From: Patescibacteria group bacterium
Lineage (GTDB): Bacteria; Patescibacteriota; Patescibacteriia; Patescibacteriales; JAQTRU01
DNA length: 64,000 nucleotides
NCBI GenBank assembly: GCA_028716725.1
Contig: JAQUPG010000005.1
Coordinates: 2,453-66,452 of the forward strand
Direction: 5' to 3'
Made by a program: the position numbers and the translations under genes. Shown piece by piece: positions 38,263 to 46,382 of the stretch; the stretch's first letter is position 1, and each line of letters begins with the position of its first letter. Under the pieces are notes generated by a model. That model did no database searches. It was not told where the DNA came from and saw only the letters and a list, made by a program, of their open reading frames with translations.

Positions 38263-38554
38263 TTCATAAATATAGACAAAATACCCTTATTCCAAATTAG
38301 CGTGGCAAGAAACCACGCTAATTTTTATACCGAAAGCCGTTCCGCTTTAGTGGGACGGACCGGTATATCCCGGCGCTTCGGCGAATGAATTCTTTTTAAA
38401 ACCATTAGAAAGGAGGCGAAGCCGCTATTTTTTTAAAAATTTTGGAAACTAAGAAAGGTTTTTGGAAGCGGCGGGATATGAAATTTAGCGGGCAGGTTAG
38501 CCCGCAAAATTTCATAATCTGATTTCTTATTTATCTTATTAAAACAGCGAATAT

Positions 38555-39859
38555 TTATTGGGGCTTCACTTCTTTCCAGCCGGGCAAAGTCACGTTTACA
38601 TTTACGGTTTCAGTCAGGCTGCAATAATAACCATCGCTGTCAGTTACTTTTAAAGTCACTTCCTGATTTCCGGAAGAGTTAAAAATAAGAACTGGCGTGG
38701 AAGTGGCCGGATCATCAATTGAGGCATTAGGCGCTGTCCATAATAAATCGGTTATAGTGGTTCCGCCGTAGCTGGTTGAACTCTGGGTGAATTTTGCCCC
38801 TTCGTCCTTGCTGGGATTCTCCGGAGACCAGGCAAAAGCAACACCGGGCAATTCATGTTTATAAGTAGTAAAAGACGGACCGGCCGTTAATTCCGAAGAG
38901 AAATTTAAATTATCCCAAACCCTTATCCACCAATAATAAGTCGTATCATAATCTAAATCGTCCGGACCAAGCAGATATTGGCTTGCACTTTCTTCTGTTT
39001 TGCCCGTATCGACAATGGGGCTATCCGGATTGTTGTCGTCATCAACAATCACTTGATAAGCGCTCTGGGAAGATCCCGCATCGGGGTCACTGAATTCCCA
39101 GCGCAAGAAGGCCTGTTTGGCGTAAAGGGAACAAGCCTGCTCTGCGGTCCAATTCGGAGCTGTCGGGTTAGCCGCTTCAGGGGAAATGTTCAATGAAGAA
39201 GAAACTTTATAATCATGCCCGCTGCAGCCGCAGGCGCCGCAGTCTGCGCAATTAAAGCTAATCCAGCCGATACCGGCGCCGTCCTCGCCCCCGTTCCAGG
39301 CCCAACCGCTAAATTCGCTTGTGCTGGAAGCTATGGAAACGCCGAAACTGATTCCTTCAAAATCTATAGGCAAATCTACCGGGAAATCTAAAGGCAACCC
39401 GCCGCCGCTGGGAACGTTAAAATTTATCCAGCCATCATCTTCTAAAGCTAAAATTTTCGCCCAGCCCGTTATCTGGCCAGTGGTATAGTTATAATTAGCT
39501 ATAATAGTTTCCCCGGCTCCGCTATATGGATCAGCTGTCGGAGCTCCCGTATCCGCCCTATTGAAACTAATCCAGCCAATATTCGGGCTCCAAGCGTAGC
39601 CTGAAATATCTCCGGTTTCCGGATCAATACTAACCCCATAATCAATCGTACTACGAGAATCATCGTTTGAACAATTAAAGCTAATCCAGCCGACATTTTC
39701 ACTCCAAGCATAACCAATAACATTATTGCCGCCTACGGCTTGAGCAGTTTCTTCTTGGTCTTTAAATTCAAAATAAGTAATTAAAATCGCGGAACCAATG
39801 CCGATTATTAACATAACCACCAATATTAACCAGGTTTTCAATTTAAAATAGTCTTTCAT
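38555..39859 (-). CDS. Membrane-anchored secreted protein: four G(Y/W)AW...GWI(S/N)FN repeats, an FN3-like domain and a PKD domain
   Basis: TM helix WLILVVMLIIGIGSAILITYF. Repeats GYAWSENVGWISFNC, GYAWSPNIGWISFN, GWAKILALEDDGWINFN and GWAWNGGEDGAGIGWISFNC. C-terminal VTLKVTDSDGYYCSLTETVNV is PKD-like. Start moved to the ATG at 39859. Confidence 0.6.
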   Translation of the reverse strand: MKDYFKLKTWLILVVMLIIGIGSAILITYFEFKDQEETAQAVGGNNVIGYAWSENVGWISFNCSNDDSRSTIDYGVSIDPETGDISGYAWSPNIGWISFNRADTGAPTADPYSGAGETIIANYNYTTGQITGWAKILALEDDGWINFNVPSGGGLPLDFPVDLPIDFEGISFGVSIASSTSEFSGWAWNGGEDGAGIGWISFNCADCGACGCSGHDYKVSSSLNISPEAANPTAPNWTAEQACSLYAKQAFLRWEFSDPDAGSSQSAYQVIVDDDNNPDSPIVDTGKTEESASQYLLGPDDLDYDTTYYWWIRVWDNLNFSSELTAGPSFTTYKHELPGVAFAWSPENPSKDEGAKFTQSSTSYGGTTITDLLWTAPNASIDDPATSTPVLIFNSSGNQEVTLKVTDSDGYYCSLTETVNVNVTLPGWKEVKPQ

Positions 39860-39870
39860 ATTTTTATAAA

Positions 39871-40290
39871 TTATTTGCAACAATAACGAACGCATTGGTA
39901 AATCTCTTTTACATAGCTATTGCTCGCAAAGGCCTCACTTAACCAAAATTTTGGAGATTCTCCAACAGACGTATAACCGCTCGGGCAAGCCGGGGGAGTG
40001 CAAGTACACGGGCAATTATTCGAAGGATAAGTGTCGCAATAACAGCCGCCGAAAGTATTAAAGCACTGTCCTTTGGCGTCAATTTTAGTATTAAGAGCGG
40101 AAAATTCAGACTGAAGCATAGTGGCCAGCTCATTCCAATTGCTTTCCGAAAGCTGCCCGGTCCCCCCGGTTTTAGCACTATCCCAAGTAGCATAAACATA
40201 AGTAGCACCCACCGCTAAAAATATGCCAATAATTAGATAAAACAAACGAGAAGAGATAAATTTTAAGGATTTTTTAAAAATGTTTTTCAT
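39871..40290 (-). CDS. Small membrane-anchored Cys-rich protein, NWN-motif family (paralog of the 35864 gene N-terminus)
   Basis: 139 aa. LFYLIIGIFLAVGATYVYATWDSAKTGGTGQLSESNWNEL aligns with FVYLTIGIFLAISITCVYAAWNDAKTGGSGLLSQTNWNTL. Confidence 0.5.
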   Translation of the reverse strand: MKNIFKKSLKFISSRLFYLIIGIFLAVGATYVYATWDSAKTGGTGQLSESNWNELATMLQSEFSALNTKIDAKGQCFNTFGGCYCDTYPSNNCPCTCTPPACPSGYTSVGESPKFWLSEAFASNSYVKEIYQCVRYCCK

Positions 40291-40360
40291 ATGGAGAAAA
40301 TTAATATCGTTTGATTATTATTTATTATTTATTGTTTGGCTATTGGAATTTGATTATTGT

Positions 40361-40720
40361 TTATTGTGCAAGATAAGGCAAAAAAATAATTAACCCGACT
40401 ATTACCGCCATTGCCGAAGCCAGCATAACCGCCGCCGCCATAATATCTTTTATCTCTTTTACATAACTGTCCAGCCTTGGTTTTAAAACATCGGTCACTC
40501 TTTCAACGGCGCTGTTTATTAGCTCCATTAAAATTACCAAACCGATAACCAAAATTAAAATCAGCCATTCCCAATTTTTAATTTTAAAATACCAGCCTAA
40601 AATTATAACCACCAGACCGGCCAGGCTCTGAATTTGCAAGTTCTGCTCTTCCCGAAGAGTTTTGCCTAATCCCCGGAAAGCATAAGTGAAACTTTTTAAT
40701 AATCGCTTTACTTTAATCAT
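40361..40720 (-). CDS. dgkA: Diacylglycerol/undecaprenol kinase family membrane protein
   Basis: 119 aa with three helices and the motif ELINSAVERVTD; typical position next to ybeY. Confidence 0.75.
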   Translation of the reverse strand: MIKVKRLLKSFTYAFRGLGKTLREEQNLQIQSLAGLVVIILGWYFKIKNWEWLILILVIGLVILMELINSAVERVTDVLKPRLDSYVKEIKDIMAAAVMLASAMAVIVGLIIFLPYLAQ

Positions 40721-40767
40721 AATACTGAATTAAGGGTTATAAAGTTACAAAGCATCTTTCCGACTTT

Positions 40768-41172
40768 TTATTTTATAGACTTTATAAACTCATTTCCTAA
40801 TCTCTCCATTTTCTTTCGCCCGGCTTCTGTTTTGTCGTCATATCCCAATAAATGTAATAGCCCGTGCACTAGGATAAATATTAGTTCATCTTTCGATTTA
40901 TTGCCAAACTTATCCGCTTGCCTTTTAATCTGATGATAATCTAATATTATCTCACCCAAGAATTTCTCTTCGCCGGCAAAAGAAAGAATATCCGTTACCC
41001 GGTCAACCCTCCGATATTTTTTATTTAACTTTCTAATTTCTTTATCCCCCACAAAAGCGATGGAAATACTATAATCAGTCTTTTTATATGCCCTTAAAAA
41101 TTTTTCGGCTACCTTCTTTACAAACGATGGATTAACTTTGTTTTTAGCCTTATTATTTATTTCAACGGCCAT
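40768..41172 (-). CDS. ybeY: rRNA maturation endoribonuclease YbeY
   Basis: 134 aa with metal-binding motif HGLLHLLGYDD. Confidence 0.9.
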   Translation of the reverse strand: MAVEINNKAKNKVNPSFVKKVAEKFLRAYKKTDYSISIAFVGDKEIRKLNKKYRRVDRVTDILSFAGEEKFLGEIILDYHQIKRQADKFGNKSKDELIFILVHGLLHLLGYDDKTEAGRKKMERLGNEFIKSIK

Positions 41173-41175
41173 ATT

Positions 41176-42198
41176 TTAATCCCCGATTACTAAACTTTTA
41201 ATCATGGCGGCAAAAATATTTATATAATCCAGAGTTTCGCTCGAACCGGCATTATACGACAAAACAAAAAGGTAGTTGCGGTTACTGTCTGTTAAATAAA
41301 CAATCAAGCCGTCTGTGCTCTTTATGCCCGACCAGCCGTTTCCGCTGACTTCCGGTCCTAATTCCGTAGTTTCAACTGCAAATTGCTGCACGTACCAGTC
41401 TTCAATAGATTGTTTGTCCGTATTCGGCTGAACAATCAGTTGGATAAACTGATTATCTTCTGATTTAAACATAATTGAATCATCACCGCCGACAGAAGTT
41501 CTTGGCCAATTGGCGGGATAAAGCACTTTATAACCGAAAGTTCCGTTTATATACTCGCCGATATTGGGATTATCGGCTAGTTTGCCGCTACCGACCGGAT
41601 TATATAAATTCATTATTTCTTCATAGTCAGAATAGCCGTCGGCGTCACTGTCAACATTCCCGTCATCAGTACCCAGTAAAGTTTCTTCTTTATTAGTTAA
41701 ACCGTCGCCATCCCTGTCTCCTAAAAAAATCTCTTCAGCCGGCGTAGAAGTGGCCAGAACTTCTGTCTCTTCCGGAGTCGTAGAGGCGCCGCTTTCTTCT
41801 GGGCCGCCTAGATATTCTTCCTGAGTGACAATGGGCAGAACTTCTTCCGAGGGGGTGCTGGTTTCAACTTCTTCGTTGCTTAAGGGCTCGGGAGTGTAGG
41901 TTTCGTTTTGTTGAGGAATTGGCGCAACTTGTTTTTCGGCCGGAGCTTTAAAAATAAAAAGATAGAGTAAAAAGCCGATAACTACTATAAATATAAACCC
42001 TCCAACCATAACAAAAATTCCGGTTTGCTTGGCCTTGTCTGTTTTTAGGCTGTCCTGCCTGAATTTTTCCGGCATCGTGTGAATAACAATTTCTTCACCC
42101 ATCCTTTTATCCATCATTTCTTTCTCTTCGTCTTTGCCGGAAATTTTATCTTTTTCTTCTGAAATTTCTTTTTTTTGTTTTTTTAGAAAACTAAACAT
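41176..42198 (-). CDS. Single-pass membrane protein with E/P/T-rich linker, thrombospondin type-3-like Ca-binding repeats and an extra C-terminal domain
   Basis: TM helix GIFVMVGGFIFIVVIGFLLYLFIF. DRDGDGLTNKEE..DSDADGYSDYEEIMNLYNPVGSGKL (nt about 41578-41718), followed by a roughly 130-aa domain. Confidence 0.55.
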   Translation of the reverse strand: MFSFLKKQKKEISEEKDKISGKDEEKEMMDKRMGEEIVIHTMPEKFRQDSLKTDKAKQTGIFVMVGGFIFIVVIGFLLYLFIFKAPAEKQVAPIPQQNETYTPEPLSNEEVETSTPSEEVLPIVTQEEYLGGPEESGASTTPEETEVLATSTPAEEIFLGDRDGDGLTNKEETLLGTDDGNVDSDADGYSDYEEIMNLYNPVGSGKLADNPNIGEYINGTFGYKVLYPANWPRTSVGGDDSIMFKSEDNQFIQLIVQPNTDKQSIEDWYVQQFAVETTELGPEVSGNGWSGIKSTDGLIVYLTDSNRNYLFVLSYNAGSSETLDYINIFAAMIKSLVIGD

Positions 42199-42222
42199 AT
42201 TTATTTATAAATTTATAATCCC

Positions 42223-42882
42223 CTATTGTATCTCATACAATTTACCTGCCCCGGCCGGGTTATAGCCATTCTTTACCTCATCCCCGTCCGAATAGCCGTC
42301 GCCGTCCGTATCAGTAACTAAAGGATTAGTTTTATAAACCTTTACCTCTTCCCGGTCAAATAAGCCGTCACTGTCGGTGTCAATATTGTTGATATCAGTC
42401 CCTAAGCTCCTCTCCTCTTCGTCAGATAAGCCGTCTTGGTCGCTATCAGCCGGCCCGACTACGCTCGGAGGGAAAAACACGCTTTCGGCCGGAAAAGGCG
42501 ATTCTTCCGCCACCGGCGCTTCTTCCGGCGCTGGCTCTGGAGTTTGATTTTCTTCGGGAAAATTAGGAACTCCCCCTCCCGTTAAATTTTCTTCCTGCGT
42601 CTGGTCTCCCGTTCCCTGGCTTAAAGTCGTATCAATCTTTTTTAAAACCCAAAAAATACCAAATATAATTAAAACTACTACTACAATCAGTATAGCAAAA
42701 ATAAGGAGTTTTTTCATCTTTTCTTTTCTCTCTCCCCCCTCTTCCCCAACTCCGGCCATAGGGACTGGCGGCGGAACCGGAGTCGGCCCGACTGGCTTTA
42801 AAATATCTGGCTTTCCGCCCTTTTCCGTGTCGGAAAAAATATCTTCCACTTTGTTAGTTTTTTTGTTTAAATCGTCGAACAT
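42223..42882 (-). CDS. Single-pass membrane protein ending in thrombospondin type-3-like repeats
   Basis: TM helix LLIFAILIVVVVLIIFGIFWVL. DSDQDGLSDEEE, DTDSDGLFDREE, DTDGDGYSDGDEVKNGYNPAGAGKLYEIQ-stop. Confidence 0.55.
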   Translation of the reverse strand: MFDDLNKKTNKVEDIFSDTEKGGKPDILKPVGPTPVPPPVPMAGVGEEGGERKEKMKKLLIFAILIVVVVLIIFGIFWVLKKIDTTLSQGTGDQTQEENLTGGGVPNFPEENQTPEPAPEEAPVAEESPFPAESVFFPPSVVGPADSDQDGLSDEEERSLGTDINNIDTDSDGLFDREEVKVYKTNPLVTDTDGDGYSDGDEVKNGYNPAGAGKLYEIQ

Positions 42883-42965
42883 ATTTTTAAAGTCTTTAAA
42901 AATAAAATAATATAAAAATTAACTTCCTTCTTTTTTTATTTTATTTTGTTATTTTATTATTTTAA

Positions 42966-43790
42966 TTATTTTAATCTTCCCTCCCCTAAAGGGTTATACC
43001 CGTTTTTTACCTCATCTCCGTCCGAATAGCCGTCCCCGTCCGTATCCGCTTTTTTCGGGTCAGTGCCATAAACAGCTTCGTCTTTATCAGTTAAACCGTC
43101 ATTATCACTATCAATATCACTATTACTGTCGCTGTCAGTTTTTTTATTAACTAAGTCTCCGTTACAATAATTTTTTAAATATTCCTCTTTTATATTATCG
43201 CACAATTTTTTGTCTCCTTGCCAGATAGACATTCGATAATAAACATTGTCTTCACACATTTTCTTTGTTTCTTCCACTTTAAGGCCTGAACAATCTTCGG
43301 GCTTCTCGTATGCTCCAAAAATACCGGAAAAACAATCTATTTTAAGGTCAACAATCTTCACGGAAAGACATTCGTCAATTTCAGCCTCCGCCGTTTTATT
43401 TAAAATTTCATTTACGCATTCAATTTTTTTCTGCTCATCTCCGATTTCTTCAAAACCATGACTGCAGAAATCGTGCCTCTCTGTCAGAAAGGCTACGGCT
43501 GAAACACAATTTTCTTTGTCAGCTCTGTCTTCGCATGGTTCCAAATTTTCTTTCGCCGCTGTCTCGGTATAAAATTTTATTTGTTCGGAAGTAAATTCAG
43601 GATATTTTTCTTCCATTTCCGTTAAAAGGGATTTTGGGATTTCTTTTTCCGTTAACGTGTTTTCATTATTTTTTACGACGATATTATTTTCTATCTTTTT
43701 ATCTTGAATCTTTAATATAAAGATCAAAATAACCAACAAAAATAATATAATGATTCCCAAAATAATAATTTTCGTTTTCTTATTAAACAT
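42966..43790 (-). CDS. Single-pass membrane protein with a Cys-containing ectodomain ending in thrombospondin type-3-like repeats
   Basis: TM helix IIILGIIILFLLVILIFIL. DSDNDGLTDKDE, DTDGDGYSDGDEVKNGYNPLGEGRLK-stop. Confidence 0.55.
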   Translation of the reverse strand: MFNKKTKIIILGIIILFLLVILIFILKIQDKKIENNIVVKNNENTLTEKEIPKSLLTEMEEKYPEFTSEQIKFYTETAAKENLEPCEDRADKENCVSAVAFLTERHDFCSHGFEEIGDEQKKIECVNEILNKTAEAEIDECLSVKIVDLKIDCFSGIFGAYEKPEDCSGLKVEETKKMCEDNVYYRMSIWQGDKKLCDNIKEEYLKNYCNGDLVNKKTDSDSNSDIDSDNDGLTDKDEAVYGTDPKKADTDGDGYSDGDEVKNGYNPLGEGRLK

Positions 43791-43799
43791 AATTTTAAT

Positions 43800-46370
43800 T
43801 TATTTCCAACATCTAAAATTAGCTGTTGTATGATTTGTGGTTATAATCCAATTTCTTAAATCAGATGTGCTTTGACTTAATTTACAACTGTAATCAGAAT
43901 CACTTGTTGTGCAGCCTGATGTTTTTGTTGTCCGAGTTGCGCATGGATCCAGCCATTGAACAAGATTATAACCAGACGGAGTTTCAGCTCCACATTTTCT
44001 TCCACAACAATCACATCCATCTTTCCCGCAACTTGTCAGTTCACAACAAGCATAATCATTCATTGTTGGATTGGTAGTGTTGCACGCCGTGGAAGAATTA
44101 CCTACCACATCTGGGGCTGGGATAACACAACTACTCCATCCTCCACAATTACTATTGCAAGTTTGCGTTCCTGAAATCTCCATACCAGTACAATGTGCGG
44201 GGAAACCTTCGGCGTACGTGCTTGTGCAAGCTTGAGCAGGAACATTTTTATCGCAAACCTCCGGCCCATTCTTTATACTATCTCCGCAATAACCGCCGGT
44301 CATAGTGCAAGTAGCCGTACATCCATATTGCTTCGTTGATGAACTGTCGGAAGGTGAAGAAGCAATTCCGGCGGTCTTATCGCATACTTCTCCCTTGCTA
44401 TCTTGTATTTTTTCATCTCCGCAATAACCGCCGGTAAATTGGCAGCTGCTGTCGCAGGCATATTGCTTATTAATGGAACTGCCGGCGGGATTAGCGGCAA
44501 TATTATCAATCGTGTCGCATTTTTCCGCCAAACCTTCCCCGTTTGTGGCTTGCCAGACACCGTCTCCGCAATAAGTATTAACTTTTAAAGTAAGATTTTT
44601 AGGACTGCTGATTGCGCCGTATTGGTCAGCGGCCGTAATTGCTATGGTATAATTGCCGGCCGTATCCGGCTTGCCGGAAATTTCACCGGTAGAAGTATTG
44701 CCAGCCATACCGTTTGGCAACCCAGAGGAAGAGAAAGAGCCAATACTATAAGAGAAAGAGAAAGAGCTAATGCTATGCCCGTCAGGATCTGAAGCCGTAA
44801 TAAGACAAGGGGTATAATCATTATTTATTCTTACTTTGGTACTACAACTAGCAGGAATGCTGACAACCGGCTTATGGTTAATAACTTTTAAATTGAAAAG
44901 TTGGGACAAAGAGGAAACCCCCTGGGAATTAGTTGCACTTGCGGAAATAGAATAATTTTCATACATATTATCCCCGCCGTCTTTAGTAAGGGAAAAAGTA
45001 TTGCCAATTACGCTTTGGACACGGCAGTCGTGCCCATTAATAATAGTGCAGCTTATCAGGGCCGGGTTGAAATTAAAGGATGAAAAGGAATTTCCGGTCG
45101 GGTCAGTAGCATAAATCGTAAAATCCAAAGTCCTGCCAATAATAATCTCTTTGTCGGCGATGGGAGTAACAACCGGCAAAGCAGAGCCAATAATACTAAT
45201 AGAGCAGGTTTTTGTAACGCGTCCGTCCTCTTTGTTGTCATCAACCGTTACGGTGAAACTATAAGTTCCCTGGGCTCCGGCGGCTGTAGCGGAAATTTCC
45301 TTCTGATTAGTTGCGCCCCCCAAGGTGCTGTTAAGCCAAGCCGCGCCAGCCGTATCTATGCTCCAGGTAAGCGGGTCCCCGTCAAGGTCGCTCGCGCTGA
45401 TATATCCCTTAAACGGTTTGTTCGGATTGCCGACCAAATTATTGCAAATGATAGTCGGGGGATTATTTTCCGTCGTTCCGCCATGCTTTACGGCCTCGCT
45501 GCCGGCGCAAGCTCCGGCGTCTAAAGTCGTTATTAATCCGGATTCCATGACCGCGCAGACATTGTAGCTGGAACCGTCAGCGGCGGCCGTATAAACAAAA
45601 GCGTTGCTGCCGGTTGGCAAATTAAATTCGCTGTCAACTGGCGTTGGGTCGGCAAATGATTTGTCCGCTTCCTTCCAGCAGGTGGAAGAATCATATCCGG
45701 GGCAAGCGCCTAATTTGTTTATCGGATCAGTCGGCAAGCCTGTCCCTAATTCCTTAGCCAGAGTCTGCTGCCAGCTTGGCCAGGTGGAAATGGTTTTCCC
45801 GGGCAAATAAGTGCCAGCGGATAATTTTGGATAATAACCCATTTCTTCTTTATAATTCTCTACTGCCATCTTTATTTCCGCCAAACTGGCTAATCTTTTG
45901 GCATCGCGGGCAATTAGAACTTTTTGTTCGGAATCCTCGATATTAGTGTTAAATTTCCAATGGGCAATAATCTGGTCCAGAATATTCTTGGTAGCGGCTT
46001 CCGCTTCCTGATTATAAGAAATAAGGTAAATATTGGTATATAACCCGTTGCCAACAACATTGGCGGCATTAACATAAACCGTCCGCCCGTCGCGCAGAGC
46101 TTCGTAGCCGTCGACGGTTAATCCCTGAGGCGACCCCTTAAATCCCTGCTCGCTGTACCAGCGGGAAATGCTAAGATGGTCAGGGTTGGGAATAACCCGG
46201 ATCGCGATCGCGTCCGGGCTGTTTGTTTTCCCCGTCTGCGCCAGAACATAAGAATATTTTGTATCTTTTAAAAATCCAAGGGCAAAAAAACTAAAAACAA
46301 CAATACCCAGGAGGATGGTTAAAACTCCGCTTATTTTTAATTTATTTTTTAAAAAATTAAAAAATCGCAT
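43800..46370 (-). CDS. Large secreted protein: pilin-head-like segment, cadherin/Ig-like domains, Myxococcus-type cysteine-rich repeats, Cys-rich C-terminus
   Basis: 856 aa with an N-terminal TM/signal. ARDAKRLASLAEIKMAVENYKEEMGYYP resembles CPR pilin globular heads. SASDLDGDPLTWSI, ASDPDGHSISSF and LPNGM..NTSTGEISGKPDTAGNYTIAITAADQYG are Cadg/He_PIG-like. Three copies of YCGD(G/E/S)...CD...C...C follow. Confidence 0.6.
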   Translation of the reverse strand: MRFFNFLKNKLKISGVLTILLGIVVFSFFALGFLKDTKYSYVLAQTGKTNSPDAIAIRVIPNPDHLSISRWYSEQGFKGSPQGLTVDGYEALRDGRTVYVNAANVVGNGLYTNIYLISYNQEAEAATKNILDQIIAHWKFNTNIEDSEQKVLIARDAKRLASLAEIKMAVENYKEEMGYYPKLSAGTYLPGKTISTWPSWQQTLAKELGTGLPTDPINKLGACPGYDSSTCWKEADKSFADPTPVDSEFNLPTGSNAFVYTAAADGSSYNVCAVMESGLITTLDAGACAGSEAVKHGGTTENNPPTIICNNLVGNPNKPFKGYISASDLDGDPLTWSIDTAGAAWLNSTLGGATNQKEISATAAGAQGTYSFTVTVDDNKEDGRVTKTCSISIIGSALPVVTPIADKEIIIGRTLDFTIYATDPTGNSFSSFNFNPALISCTIINGHDCRVQSVIGNTFSLTKDGGDNMYENYSISASATNSQGVSSLSQLFNLKVINHKPVVSIPASCSTKVRINNDYTPCLITASDPDGHSISSFSFSYSIGSFSSSGLPNGMAGNTSTGEISGKPDTAGNYTIAITAADQYGAISSPKNLTLKVNTYCGDGVWQATNGEGLAEKCDTIDNIAANPAGSSINKQYACDSSCQFTGGYCGDEKIQDSKGEVCDKTAGIASSPSDSSSTKQYGCTATCTMTGGYCGDSIKNGPEVCDKNVPAQACTSTYAEGFPAHCTGMEISGTQTCNSNCGGWSSCVIPAPDVVGNSSTACNTTNPTMNDYACCELTSCGKDGCDCCGRKCGAETPSGYNLVQWLDPCATRTTKTSGCTTSDSDYSCKLSQSTSDLRNWIITTNHTTANFRCWK

Positions 46371-46382
46371 AATTATTTTAAA

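Noticed and set aside
38164-38388. 74-aa plus-strand ORF in the pilin upstream region
   Set aside because: It is the only plus-strand ORF for 16 kb, runs straight through several strong hairpins, and has no RBS. The region is better explained as regulatory or structured RNA.
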